The notes under the pieces are model-generated. The model had not been told where the DNA came from. It saw only the letters and a program-made list of their open reading frames with translations, and ran no database searches. A DNA stretch of 64,000 bases from an uncultured Actinomycetota bacterium (GTDB lineage Bacteria > Actinomycetota > Actinomycetes > Mycobacteriales > Jatrophihabitantaceae): positions 87,110 to 151,109 of the forward strand of contig CAVQFH010000003.1 in the NCBI GenBank assembly GCA_963711775.1. The letters run 5' to 3'. Positions 37,374 through 46,940 of this stretch are shown here, one piece after another; position 1 is the first letter of the stretch, and every line of letters begins with the position of its first letter. A program made the position numbers and the translations under genes.

Positions 37374-38231
37374 ATGAAGAAGTCACTGCGTTGGACCGCT
37401 CCGGTCGCTGCGCTGGGGATTGCCGGACTGGCGCTCGCGCTGCCCGGCAGTGCTTCTGCCGCAAGTTCCGCGACGTATCGGGCCGAATTGCGGCCGGTGG
37501 CCTTGAACACGCCGGCCGGTGCTGCATCCGGCCAGCTCACCCTGACGCTCAACGGCAACCAGGCCACCGTCACCGAGCACGTTTCTGGCCTGGCAACCAA
37601 GCTGCCGACGGACAAAAAGACTCTGAACGCCCTCGGGATCCCGACCGGTTTCGCCGGCGCGCCGTTCCCGCACGTGCAGCACATCCACATCAACGGCAAG
37701 ACCGGTTGCCCGACCTCCGCGGCCGACGCCAACCACGATGGACTCATCACTGTCGCCGAGGCGGCGGACAACTACGGCCCGATCGGCACCACGCTGTCCA
37801 CGAAGGGCGACACCAGCCCCAAGGCCGCGGCCGATGTGACAGTCGCGCCGGGTGGTGGCAGCTTCACCTACTCACGCACCATCACCTTGGACCAGGCGAC
37901 GATGTCGGCGATCCACAACAACAAGGCCGAGATCGTGGTGCACGGGCTGAACCCGGCCAACGCACCGAAGGCGTCGCTGACGACGCCGAACTCGCTCGGT
38001 GTCACCCTGCCCGGTGCGCACAAGAAGGTTGCGGCCATCGCGACTGCGCCCGCCCTGTGCGGGGCGCTCACCGCGTCGCAGATGTCGTCCATGCCGGTGG
38101 GTAGCAGCCCGACCGGCGGCGGCAGCACGGCCGGCGTCGAGGACGGCGCCCTGCTCGGCATCGGTGGTGGCCTGATCCTGGCTGCCGGCGGTGTGTTCGC
38201 CGCACGTCGGCGCTACAGCCGACAGAGCTGA
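37374..38231 (+). CDS. Secreted Cu/Zn-SOD-like or CHRD-like protein with C-terminal sorting signal
   Basis: Signal peptide; PHVQHIH, CPT, DANHDG, IVVHG, PALCG; PVGSSPTGGG + TM + RRR. Confidence 0.65.
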   Translation: MKKSLRWTAPVAALGIAGLALALPGSASAASSATYRAELRPVALNTPAGAASGQLTLTLNGNQATVTEHVSGLATKLPTDKKTLNALGIPTGFAGAPFPHVQHIHINGKTGCPTSAADANHDGLITVAEAADNYGPIGTTLSTKGDTSPKAAADVTVAPGGGSFTYSRTITLDQATMSAIHNNKAEIVVHGLNPANAPKASLTTPNSLGVTLPGAHKKVAAIATAPALCGALTASQMSSMPVGSSPTGGGSTAGVEDGALLGIGGGLILAAGGVFAARRRYSRQS

Positions 38232-38248
38232 TCGTTCACCGCTTACCG

Positions 38249-38983
38249 ATGAGCAGCACAGACCGCACCCGTCGCGCCCGCATTCTGGGCGTGGCGGGTG
38301 CGGTACTGCTCGTGGCCGGTGTCGTCGCGCTCGTCGTCGCCGCACGGTCACAGCAGTCCGCACCTCAACCGCCACCCGGCGCCGCGAGTCCGGTCGATGT
38401 CATCCCGACCGGTACTGCAGCTCCCTCATCCGACGGACGGACGGGATCGACGACCCGATCGGCTGCTCCGTCCGGCCGCCGGCCGGCCGCGAACTCGACG
38501 CGTGGGCTGATCCTGCCGCGATCACTGCCCACCCGGCTCCGCATCCCTGCCATCGGCGTCGACAGCTCGCTGAAGAAGATCGGCCTGACGCCTCGCGGCG
38601 AGATCGCGACCCCACCACTCGTACGGGATTCCCATGCCTACTGGCTCACCGTGTCGCCCACCCCGGGACAGCTGGGACCAGCCACCATCATCGGCCACGT
38701 CGATTCGGCTGCCTACGGGCCAGGGGTCTTCTTCAAGCTCGGCGACATGCGGCAGCGCGACAAGATCTACTTGTCCCGGTCCGACGGCACCGTGGCGACC
38801 TTCGAGGTCGAACGGGTCGCGGAATACAGCAAGGCACACTTCCCGACCCGGGCCGTGTACGGGAACATCGATCATGCCGGGCTCCGGTTGATCACCTGCG
38901 GGGGGAGCTTCGACTCGTCGATCCACAGCTACGAGTCCAACATCGTCGTCTACGCCGCGCTCGTGTCCGCGCGCCACGGTTGA
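38249..38983 (+). CDS. Class F sortase
   Basis: PTRLRIPAIGV, PGQLGPATIIGHVD, LRLITCGG. Confidence 0.92.
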   Translation: MSSTDRTRRARILGVAGAVLLVAGVVALVVAARSQQSAPQPPPGAASPVDVIPTGTAAPSSDGRTGSTTRSAAPSGRRPAANSTRGLILPRSLPTRLRIPAIGVDSSLKKIGLTPRGEIATPPLVRDSHAYWLTVSPTPGQLGPATIIGHVDSAAYGPGVFFKLGDMRQRDKIYLSRSDGTVATFEVERVAEYSKAHFPTRAVYGNIDHAGLRLITCGGSFDSSIHSYESNIVVYAALVSARHG

Positions 38984-39070
38984 GCCCGAGGTGTCCTGGG
39001 TGACCATCCCGCGCGCCGGCTGATCCGGCTGACTAGGCTCGGGCCAATCCAGTCATAGGGGGTCACGCCG

Positions 39071-39859
39071 ATGGGTGAGTTCGTCATGGTCGAACGCGGC
39101 GGCAACGCCGTTGCCACGATCCGCCTCTCGCGGCCGCCGATGAACGCGCTCAACACCGCGGTGCAGACCGAACTGGCCGACGCCGCGCGCGAGGTGAGCG
39201 CAGACGACAGCATCCGCGCCGTCGTGATCTACGGCGGCGAGAAGGTGTTCGCGGCAGGCGCCGACGTCAAGGAATTCGCCGGCCAGAGCCACGAGTACAT
39301 GATGACCGACGCGACGCGCCTGACGAACGCCCTGGACGCGCTGGCCCGCATCCCGAAACCGGTGATCGCCGCGGTCACCGGGTACGCGCTCGGCGGCGGG
39401 TGCGAGCTCGCGCTCACCGCCGATTTCCGGGTCAGCGCCGAGGACGCCAAGTGGGGCCAGCCCGAGATCCTGCTCGGCATCATTCCCGGCGCTGGTGGCA
39501 CCCAGCGCCTACCGCGGCTGATCGGCCCGGCCAAGGCCAAGGACCTGATCTACACCGGTCGTTTCGTCGGCGCCGACGAGGCCCTCGAACTCGGCCTGGT
39601 CGACGTGGTCGTCGCCGCCGACGCGGTGTACGAGACGGCGCTGGCGATGGCGGCGAAGTTCGCCAAGGGCCCGACGCGCGCACTCGGCGCCGCCAAGGCC
39701 GCGATCGACGGCGGCCTCGACGCCGACCTCGCCACCGGCCTGCGCCTCGAATCGCACCTGTTCGCGAGCCTGTTCGCCACCGAGGACCGCGCCATCGGCA
39801 TGACGTCGTTCCTCGAGAAGGGCCCGGGCAAGGCCACCTTCACCGGAGCCCCGGAATGA
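39071..39859 (+). CDS. Enoyl-CoA hydratase (EchA17/Rv3039c-like)
   Basis: [37 protein letters not shown]. Confidence 0.93.
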   Translation: MGEFVMVERGGNAVATIRLSRPPMNALNTAVQTELADAAREVSADDSIRAVVIYGGEKVFAAGADVKEFAGQSHEYMMTDATRLTNALDALARIPKPVIAAVTGYALGGGCELALTADFRVSAEDAKWGQPEILLGIIPGAGGTQRLPRLIGPAKAKDLIYTGRFVGADEALELGLVDVVVAADAVYETALAMAAKFAKGPTRALGAAKAAIDGGLDADLATGLRLESHLFASLFATEDRAIGMTSFLEKGPGKATFTGAPE

Positions 39860-40815
39860 CCGCGACCCCGGCAGCTCCCAACCCGCACGCGAGCGCCGAG
39901 GAGGTCGAGGCCGCCTGGTCCGACCCGAAGCTCGCGAACATCCTCTACCACGACTGGGAGGCGGGCACCTACGACGAGAAGTGGTCCATCTCGTTCGACC
40001 AGCGCTGCATCGACTACGCACGTGAGCGCTTCGAGCACGTCGCCGGCTGCGCCGGCTGGCCCTACGGCACGTCGCTCGAACTCGGCTGCGGCACCGGCTT
40101 CTTCACCCTGAACCTGAAGCTGGCCGGAGTCATCGACGAGGCGCACGTCACCGACCTCAGCCCGGGCATGGTCGAGGTCGCCAAGCGCAACGCGCGCGGG
40201 CTCGGCTTCGAGATCGAAGGACGCGTCGCCGACGCCGAACGGTTGCCCTACGACGACAACACGTTCGACATCGTCATCGGGCACGCGGTGCTGCACCACA
40301 TCCCCGACATCGACCTCGCCTTCCGCGAGATCGTGCGCGTGCTCAAACCCGGCGGACGGTTCGTCTTCGCCGGCGAGCCGACCGCCCACGGCGACTACAT
40401 CGCCCGTCGGTTGTCGCGGTTCACCTGGTGGGCGGCGACGAACGTGACGAAGCTGAATGCGCTGTCCGCGTGGCGGCGGCCGCAGCAGGAACTGGACGAA
40501 TCCTCCCGCGCGGCGGCGCTGGAAGCCGTCGTCGACCTGCACACGTTCGCGCCGGCGACCCTCGAGCGCATCGCGCGCGACGCCGGCGCCGAGCAGGTGC
40601 GGGTGGCGACCTCCGAACTGCTCGCGTCGTGGTTCGGCTGGCCGGTGCGCACCTTCGAGTGCGCCGTCCCTCGCGAGAAGCTCGGCATGCGGTGGGCCAA
40701 CTTCGCGCTGCGTGGGTGGACGCGCCTGATGGCCGTCGACCGAATGCTCGAGAACCTCGTACCGCGCGGGTTGTTCTACAACGCCGAGGTCACCGGGTTG
40801 AAGCCGGCCCGATGA
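39856..40815 (+). CDS. Class I SAM methyltransferase (Rv3038c-like)
   Basis: YHDWEAGTYDEKWSISF, LELGCGTGFF, GHAVLHHIPD. Confidence 0.9.
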   Translation: MTATPAAPNPHASAEEVEAAWSDPKLANILYHDWEAGTYDEKWSISFDQRCIDYARERFEHVAGCAGWPYGTSLELGCGTGFFTLNLKLAGVIDEAHVTDLSPGMVEVAKRNARGLGFEIEGRVADAERLPYDDNTFDIVIGHAVLHHIPDIDLAFREIVRVLKPGGRFVFAGEPTAHGDYIARRLSRFTWWAATNVTKLNALSAWRRPQQELDESSRAAALEAVVDLHTFAPATLERIARDAGAEQVRVATSELLASWFGWPVRTFECAVPREKLGMRWANFALRGWTRLMAVDRMLENLVPRGLFYNAEVTGLKPAR

Positions 40816-42080
40816 ACCGGCCGATCGTGCTGTTCGACCTCGACGGGACGGTGTCGGATTCCGCGGCCGGCATCCTCGCCGCGCTGCGGCGTGCCTTCGT
40901 CGAGCACGGCATCGCCCCGCTCGACCCGGCGACCGAGCGCGCGCTGCTCGGACCGCCGTTCTACGAGTCGCTGCCGCCGTTCGTCGGCGCCGACCGCGTG
41001 CCCGCAATCATCGCGTCCTACCGCGAGCACTACGCCCGGACGATGTACGAGACGACAGCGTTCGACGGCGTGCCCGCGGTGCTCCGGGCGCTGCGGACGG
41101 CCGGGCGGCGGCTGGCCGTCGCCACCAGCAAGCCCGAGCCGTACGCCGTCCCGATCGTCGAACACCTCGGGCTGAGCGAGGCGTTCGAGACCATCGGCGG
41201 TGACGAACTCGATGGCTCGTTGTGCACCAAGGCCCTGGTCATCGGCAAGGTGTTGCGCCGGTTGGGCGATCCCCCCGCGCGCGACGTGATCATGGTCGGC
41301 GACCGGGTGCACGACGTGCTCGGTGCGCGCGAACACGGCATCGAGTGCGTCGCCGTCCGGTGGGGATACGCCGCCCCCGGCGAGTTGGACGATGCACAGC
41401 CCGCGCGGATCGTCGACTCGCCCGTCCAGCTCGCTGCCGAACTCGGGGTGCCGGTCGGTGCCCCCGGTGAGCAGTTGCGCAGCGCGCGCATCCTCACCTG
41501 GCGCTCGCTGCGGTGGGTGCTGCGCAACCGCGCCTGGACGCCCTGGTACCTCATCAGATACTGGCGGTTCCTCCTGCTCAAGGTCGGCAACCCGGACGTG
41601 ATCACCCGCGGCTTCGTGTTCCTCGACCGTGGTGCGCACGTCTACGTGCGGGCCGGTTACGGCCGAGTCATCCTCGGCAAGTGGGTCCACCTGGGCGCCA
41701 ACACCGCACTGCGCTGTCACGAGGGCACGCTGTCGTTGGGTGACAAGAGCAACCTCGCCCGTGACATCTCGATCAACTGCTATCTCGACGTCGAGATCGG
41801 CGACAGCGCGCTGATCGCCGACGACGTCTACATCTCCGACTTCGACCACCGCTTCGACGACCTGACCCGGACGATCAAGGACCAGGGCATCGTCAAGTCC
41901 CGCGTGCGGATCGAACGTGACGTGTGGCTCGGCACGAAGGTGACCGTCTGCCGCGGCGTCGTGATCGGCCAGGGAACGGTCGTCGGCGCGAACGCCGTCG
42001 TCACCAAGGATCTGCCCGCGTTCAGCGTCGCCGTCGGCGTACCGGCCCGGGTGATCAAAGACCGCAAGCTGCTCGACTGA
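40812..42080 (+). CDS. HAD phosphatase in frame with hexapeptide-repeat acyltransferase (Rv3034c-like)
   Basis: FDLDGT, ATSK, MVGDR..D; then [36 protein letters not shown]; no stop between. Confidence 0.8.
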   Translation: MNRPIVLFDLDGTVSDSAAGILAALRRAFVEHGIAPLDPATERALLGPPFYESLPPFVGADRVPAIIASYREHYARTMYETTAFDGVPAVLRALRTAGRRLAVATSKPEPYAVPIVEHLGLSEAFETIGGDELDGSLCTKALVIGKVLRRLGDPPARDVIMVGDRVHDVLGAREHGIECVAVRWGYAAPGELDDAQPARIVDSPVQLAAELGVPVGAPGEQLRSARILTWRSLRWVLRNRAWTPWYLIRYWRFLLLKVGNPDVITRGFVFLDRGAHVYVRAGYGRVILGKWVHLGANTALRCHEGTLSLGDKSNLARDISINCYLDVEIGDSALIADDVYISDFDHRFDDLTRTIKDQGIVKSRVRIERDVWLGTKVTVCRGVVIGQGTVVGANAVVTKDLPAFSVAVGVPARVIKDRKLLD

Positions 42081-42082
42081 GG

Positions 42083-43172
42083 GTGACAGGCACAGTGGGC
42101 ACAGACGACATCGACCGCAGCTCGCGCACGGCCCGGGCGTGGCTCGACGACGCGGTGCGCCGCGTCGAGGCGGACGCCAACCGCACGGGCGACACCCGGC
42201 TGATCCCCTTCCCGCTGCCGGCCCGGCCGGGTGTCGACCTGTACCTGAAGGACGAGTCGACGCACCCCACCGGCTCGCTCGCGCACCGGTGGGCGCGCTC
42301 GCTGTTCCTCCACGCGCTGTGCAGTGGCCGGATCGCCGAGGGCACCACGGTGGTCGACGCACCCTCCGGGTCGACGGCGATCAGCGAGGCGTACTTCGCC
42401 GCAATGCTGGGGCTGCCCTACGTCGCTGTGCTGCCCGCGTCCACCGGTGACGAGACGATCGCGCTCGTCGAGCGCGCGGGCGGCCGGTGCCACCTCGTGC
42501 CGGATCCCGATGCGGGCCGGCGCGAGGCGGCCCGCATCGCGCGCGAGGCCGACGGTCACCACCTCGACGGGTCCGCCAACGCCGAACGGGCCACCGACTG
42601 GCGGGGCAACGACACCATCGCCGAGTCGATCTACAGCCAGCTCGCGCTCGAACGGTTCCCGATCCCGTCCTGGATCGTCGTCGGCACGGACACCGGCGCG
42701 ACGAGCGCGACGATCGGCCGCTACCTGCGCTACCGCCGACACGCGACACGGCTCGCGGTCGTCGACCCTGAGCACTCGGCATTCTTCGCCGCCTGGCGCG
42801 ACGGTGACGATGTCGTCGAGGGCCGCCCGTCCCGGATCGAGGACATCGGCGGCCGCCACGTCGGTCCCGGCTTCGTTCCCGGGGTGGTCGACCGCATGAT
42901 CGCCGTCCCGGATGCCGCCTCGATCGCGACCGCGCGGGCCGTCGAGCCGGTGCTCGGCCGCCGGGTCGGACCCTCCACCGGCACGAATCTGTGGGGCGCG
43001 TTGCGGATCGCCCGTGAATCGACGTGGCAGGCGAGACCGGCAGCATCGTGACCGTGCTGTGCGACGGCGGCGATCGTTACCGCGACACCGTACTTACGAC
43101 GACGCGTGGCTGGCGGCGCAGGGCATCGACATCGACCCGTACGCCACGATCCTGCAGCGGCTGCTCGGCTGA
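42083..43172 (+). CDS. Cds1-like PLP-dependent cysteine synthase family protein, degenerate active site
   Basis: [35 protein letters not shown]; one late frameshift. Confidence 0.85.
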
Positions 43173-43184
43173 CGACCGACCGGG

Positions 43185-44373
43185 CTAGCGACCCGCCTGC
43201 GCGTAGATCTGCGCGGTGGCCCGGGCGACCGCCTGCCAGGTGTAGTGACGTGCGCAGCACCCGGGCCGCGCGCCGGGTGGCCCGCCGCGACTGCTCGGGA
43301 TCAGCCAGGACGTCATCGATCGCAGCGGCGAGCGCGTCGATCCGGCCGGCCGGGAAGGACGCGGCCGCGACGCCGGCACGGCGCAGATCGCGCCAGGCCG
43401 CCGGTCATCGCTGACGACGAGCGGGCGTCCCGGCCGCGACGGCCTCGAGCGCGACGAGCCCGAACGGCTCGTACAGCGACGGCACGACTGCCACGTCCGC
43501 GGCTGCCAGCAGCGGCGCCACCTGCGTCTTCCGGGACGAAACCGAGCCAGTCGACCACTCGCGCCACCGCCGCCGGCGGGACGCCTGGTCGCGCAGCTCG
43601 TCCTCGTACGGGCCGGTGCCGGCGACCGCGAGCCGCAGCCCGGGATGCTGTCGCCGCAGGCGCGCGCAGCGCGGCCAGCAGCGTCTGCACGCCCTTCTCG
43701 TGCACCAGCCGGCCGGCGAACACGATCAGCGGTCCGCCGGCGGCATGGCGTTCGCGGGCCGCGACGCGGGCGCGCGGCGACACCCGCCAGCGGGACAGGT
43801 CGACACCGTTGGGGACGACATGGACGCTGTGCGGGTCGAGATCGAACAGCCGCGCCGCCTCGTGCATGCGAGGTGGGGGAGCAGGTGATGACCTCGTCGG
43901 CCGAGTGCGCCAGCCAGCTCTCGACGGAGTGGATCGCCCGGTTCAGCGGGGCGGGCAGCCAGCCCTGGTGACGACCGGCCTCGGTGGCGTGGATCGTCGC
44001 GACCAGCGGCGCGCGCGCCGCCGCCGCAACCGTGATCGCCGTCTGCGCAACGAGCCAGTCGTGGGCGTGCACGACCTCCGGCCGCGATCCGGCGCAGCAG
44101 CGGCAACGCCGCCCTGATCAGCGCGTGCTCGTTGGCCTGCGCCCAGGCGAGCAGCGACTCGGTGGTGAAGTCGATCGCGAGCGGATCGAGCGCCGCGCGC
44201 CGCACCCGGACGCCGTCGACGCGCTCGTCGACCTGCTCGTCCTTCTCACCGCGGGTGACCACCCAGACGTCGTGCCCGGCGCCGACCAGCTCACGCGCGA
44301 GGGCTTCCACGTGGCGGCCGAGGCCGCCGACGAGGAGCGGCGGGTACTCCCACGACAGCATCAGCACCCGCAC
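43185..44373 (-). CDS. Glycosyltransferase family 4 (Rv3032-like alpha-1,4-glucosyltransferase), frameshifted
   Basis: MLSWEYPP..GGLGRHV, HAHDWLV, TIHATEAGRHQGW, PSLYEPFGLVALEA. Confidence 0.9.
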
Positions 44374-44397
44374 GGCGAGGAACGTTAGTCTCGCTGC

Positions 44398-44997
44398 ATG
44401 CAGCCCGCCCGTCGAGGTGGCCCGACGCGGGCCGTCGCCGCGGTGGTCGCGCTGTTGCTCGGCCTGGCGATGCTCGGGGTATGGCGGGTGGTCAGCGGCA
44501 ACCAGGATCTGCCCTTCGACAAGGGCGCGACGCCACCGTCGTCGGTGCAGGTCACCAAGGGCCGGTCGTACACGCTCGCCGTCCCCGGTGGCGTCCCGGC
44601 GCTGATCGCGCACGGCATGCCGACCCGCAGCACCGGCGATCAGCAGGTCGTCGCACTCGAGTGCACCTGGTCGCCGTCCTCGGCGCAGCAGGCCGGCAGC
44701 GGCGCCCGCTCGCCGCTGACCGTGCAGCCGGAGACGGTCGGGACGAAGGCCGAGAACGACGTCGGCCGGTTCTTCGCGCCGATCACCGGCCGGATCGGCG
44801 TCGACTGCGCCGGGTGGGGACCTGTGTTCGTGCCCAACAGCGACGACCGCCCGCACGACTGGGCGGGCACGGCGCTGCTGCTCGCGACGATCCTGCTCAC
44901 CGTCGGCGCGGCGCTCGCGCTGAGCGAGCTACGGGTGGCGCTCGGCCGTGCCCGGGTGTCAGCCGGCGCGGTGGGCGGCGACGACGAGATCGAGTGA
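44398..44997 (+). CDS. Hypothetical membrane protein
   Basis: Intact ORF with N- and C-terminal TM helices. Confidence 0.6.
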   Translation: MQPARRGGPTRAVAAVVALLLGLAMLGVWRVVSGNQDLPFDKGATPPSSVQVTKGRSYTLAVPGGVPALIAHGMPTRSTGDQQVVALECTWSPSSAQQAGSGARSPLTVQPETVGTKAENDVGRFFAPITGRIGVDCAGWGPVFVPNSDDRPHDWAGTALLLATILLTVGAALALSELRVALGRARVSAGAVGGDDEIE

Positions 44998-45688
44998 GGC
45001 GTCGACGGCACCGCTGTGCAGCGTCGAAGTCGGCTGTGGTGACCGCGGCGACGTCGGCCGCGAGTTGCGGTGTCCAGTTCTGCGGGTCCTCGGCCAGTTG
45101 CGCGGCGACGAACGAGCCGTAGCGCTCGTCCAACCGGCGCAGTCGGGCACCGGCGTGCAGCCCGAACACCCCGTCGACGACCAGCCCGCACGCGGTGAGC
45201 AGCCCGGTGAGCTCGCCGGCGGTGAACTCCTTGGTGTGAAAGGGATTCAGCGGCGTCTCCCGGCCGGGGGAGAAGGTGAGCCGGTTGGGAGTGGTCACGA
45301 ACAGCCGGCCACCGGGACGGAGCACACGCACGCATTCACGCACGAACTGCGGGTGGTCCCACACGTGCTCGATGACCTGCAAGGTGGCGACGACGTCGAC
45401 CGATGTGGAGCGGACGGGTAGCGCGGCGAGATTGGCGCGCACGAACCGGGCGGTGCGGTAGTGCGCCCGTGCGTGCACCACCGCGGCGGTGTCGTAGTCG
45501 ACACCGAGCACGAAGTGCGCGGTGGCCGCCAGCAGGGCGGTTCCGTAACCCTCGCCGCTGCCCACCTCGAGGACGCGCGCAGCGGTGACCTGCGGGACGA
45601 GATGCTCGTAGGCCGCCTCGTGCCGGCGGAACCAGTAGTTCTCGCACGGGATCCCCGGCACCGTCCGTTCGCCGGTCAGCGGCAGCAC
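44959..45688 (-). CDS. SAM methyltransferase (Rv3030-like)
   Basis: LPLTGERTVPGIPCENYWFRRHEAAY, GSGEGYG, LQVIEH, NPFHTKE. Confidence 0.9.
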
Positions 45689-45750
45689 GTGCGTGCCTGA
45701 CGATTGTGCAGCGCGTGTGACGATAGCGTCCGCGGGATTAGCCGCACGGA

Positions 45751-46185
45751 TCAGGCGAGCCCGTTGAGCACCCCGCTGAGTTGCTTCTCGGTGTCGTTGG
45801 CGAGCTTTTCGAAGATCAGCTTCATCGCCGGCGCGGCGAGCTTGGCGGCGCCGTGCATGTCCAGGTCGGCCCGGTAGGTGATCGAGCTCCCGGTACCGTC
45901 CGGGGAGACCGTGATGGTGTCGGTCGAGGTGGCCGAATCGTTGCTGCCGACCAGCACGATCGTGTCGTCGGTGAGCGTGCGCAGCGTGTAGGTCAGCTCC
46001 GTGGTCACCCCGGCGATCTTGGACACGTTGTGCCAGGTGGCGCCCTCCGCGATCGGGCCGGAGTCGGTGCGGGTGCACGTCTGCGTCCCCGGGTCCCACG
46101 CCTCGGCGTGGCCGAAGTCCTTGAGGTACTCGATGACGACCGACGGGGCGGGGTTCACGCTGAAGGTTCGGCTCACGGTGGGCAT
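45751..46185 (-). CDS. SRPBCC family protein
   Basis: YLKDFGHAEAWDPGT...ITYRADL. Confidence 0.8.
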   Translation of the reverse strand: MPTVSRTFSVNPAPSVVIEYLKDFGHAEAWDPGTQTCTRTDSGPIAEGATWHNVSKIAGVTTELTYTLRTLTDDTIVLVGSNDSATSTDTITVSPDGTGSSITYRADLDMHGAAKLAAPAMKLIFEKLANDTEKQLSGVLNGLA

Positions 46186-46218
46186 GGCTCACACCTACCC
46201 CCGGGTGGTTGCCCGCAA

Positions 46219-46940
46219 TCAGGTGGCGGTCGACAACACAGCTCGCGCCTCGGCGGAGTCGTAGAAGCGGGCGAGCTGGCGGCGCACGATCTGCTCCAGC
46301 AGGCCGGCCTCGTCGAGCGCGTCGAGTGCAGGCGGGGCGAAGCGCATCGCTTCCTCGACGAGGTCGTCGCGGCCGATGCCGAACTCGGCCAGCAACCGGT
46401 CGAACGGCAGGTCGCCGTAGGTGTCGAACACGTAGTCGACGGCCGTCCGCACCATCGCGGCGAGATAAGGGTGCTCGCGCAGCTCGAGCCAGCCGTCGTA
46501 GCCGATGCTCAGCAGATCGATCAGGTCGTCGTCGTCGACGGCGTCGAGCAGTTCGTGCACCGGGCGGGGCGCCGCGTCGTCCCACACCGACATCAGCAGC
46601 TCGGCGATGTCCTCGTCCGACATGGCGGTGAGCAGGCCTGTCCGCCAGCGTTGCAGCAGCCCGCCGGCGGCCTGCTCGGCCACCTCGCGGCTGCGCAGCT
46701 CCGCCTCGCGCACGGCGCCGCCGGCGATGCGGTTGCCCAGGGTGAGCCCGAGCGAGACGCCGGGGACCTTGCGGGCCAACCGCAGGTTCGTCTCGACGGC
46801 CCCGGTGGTCAGCGAGTGCAGGTAGTCGGCCAGCCACGCCTGGATCGCCGGGTTCTCGGTGAGCTGGACAGCGAGCCACTCGCGCACCGGCCGGATCGCC
46901 GCCACCCGCTCGACGAAGGCGGCGACGTGGCGACGGTCGA
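46219..46940 (-). CDS. Hypothetical helical protein, 5' truncated at junction
   Basis: Clean coding frame [13 protein letters not shown]...RRQLARFYDS; no start codon of its own. Confidence 0.55.
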
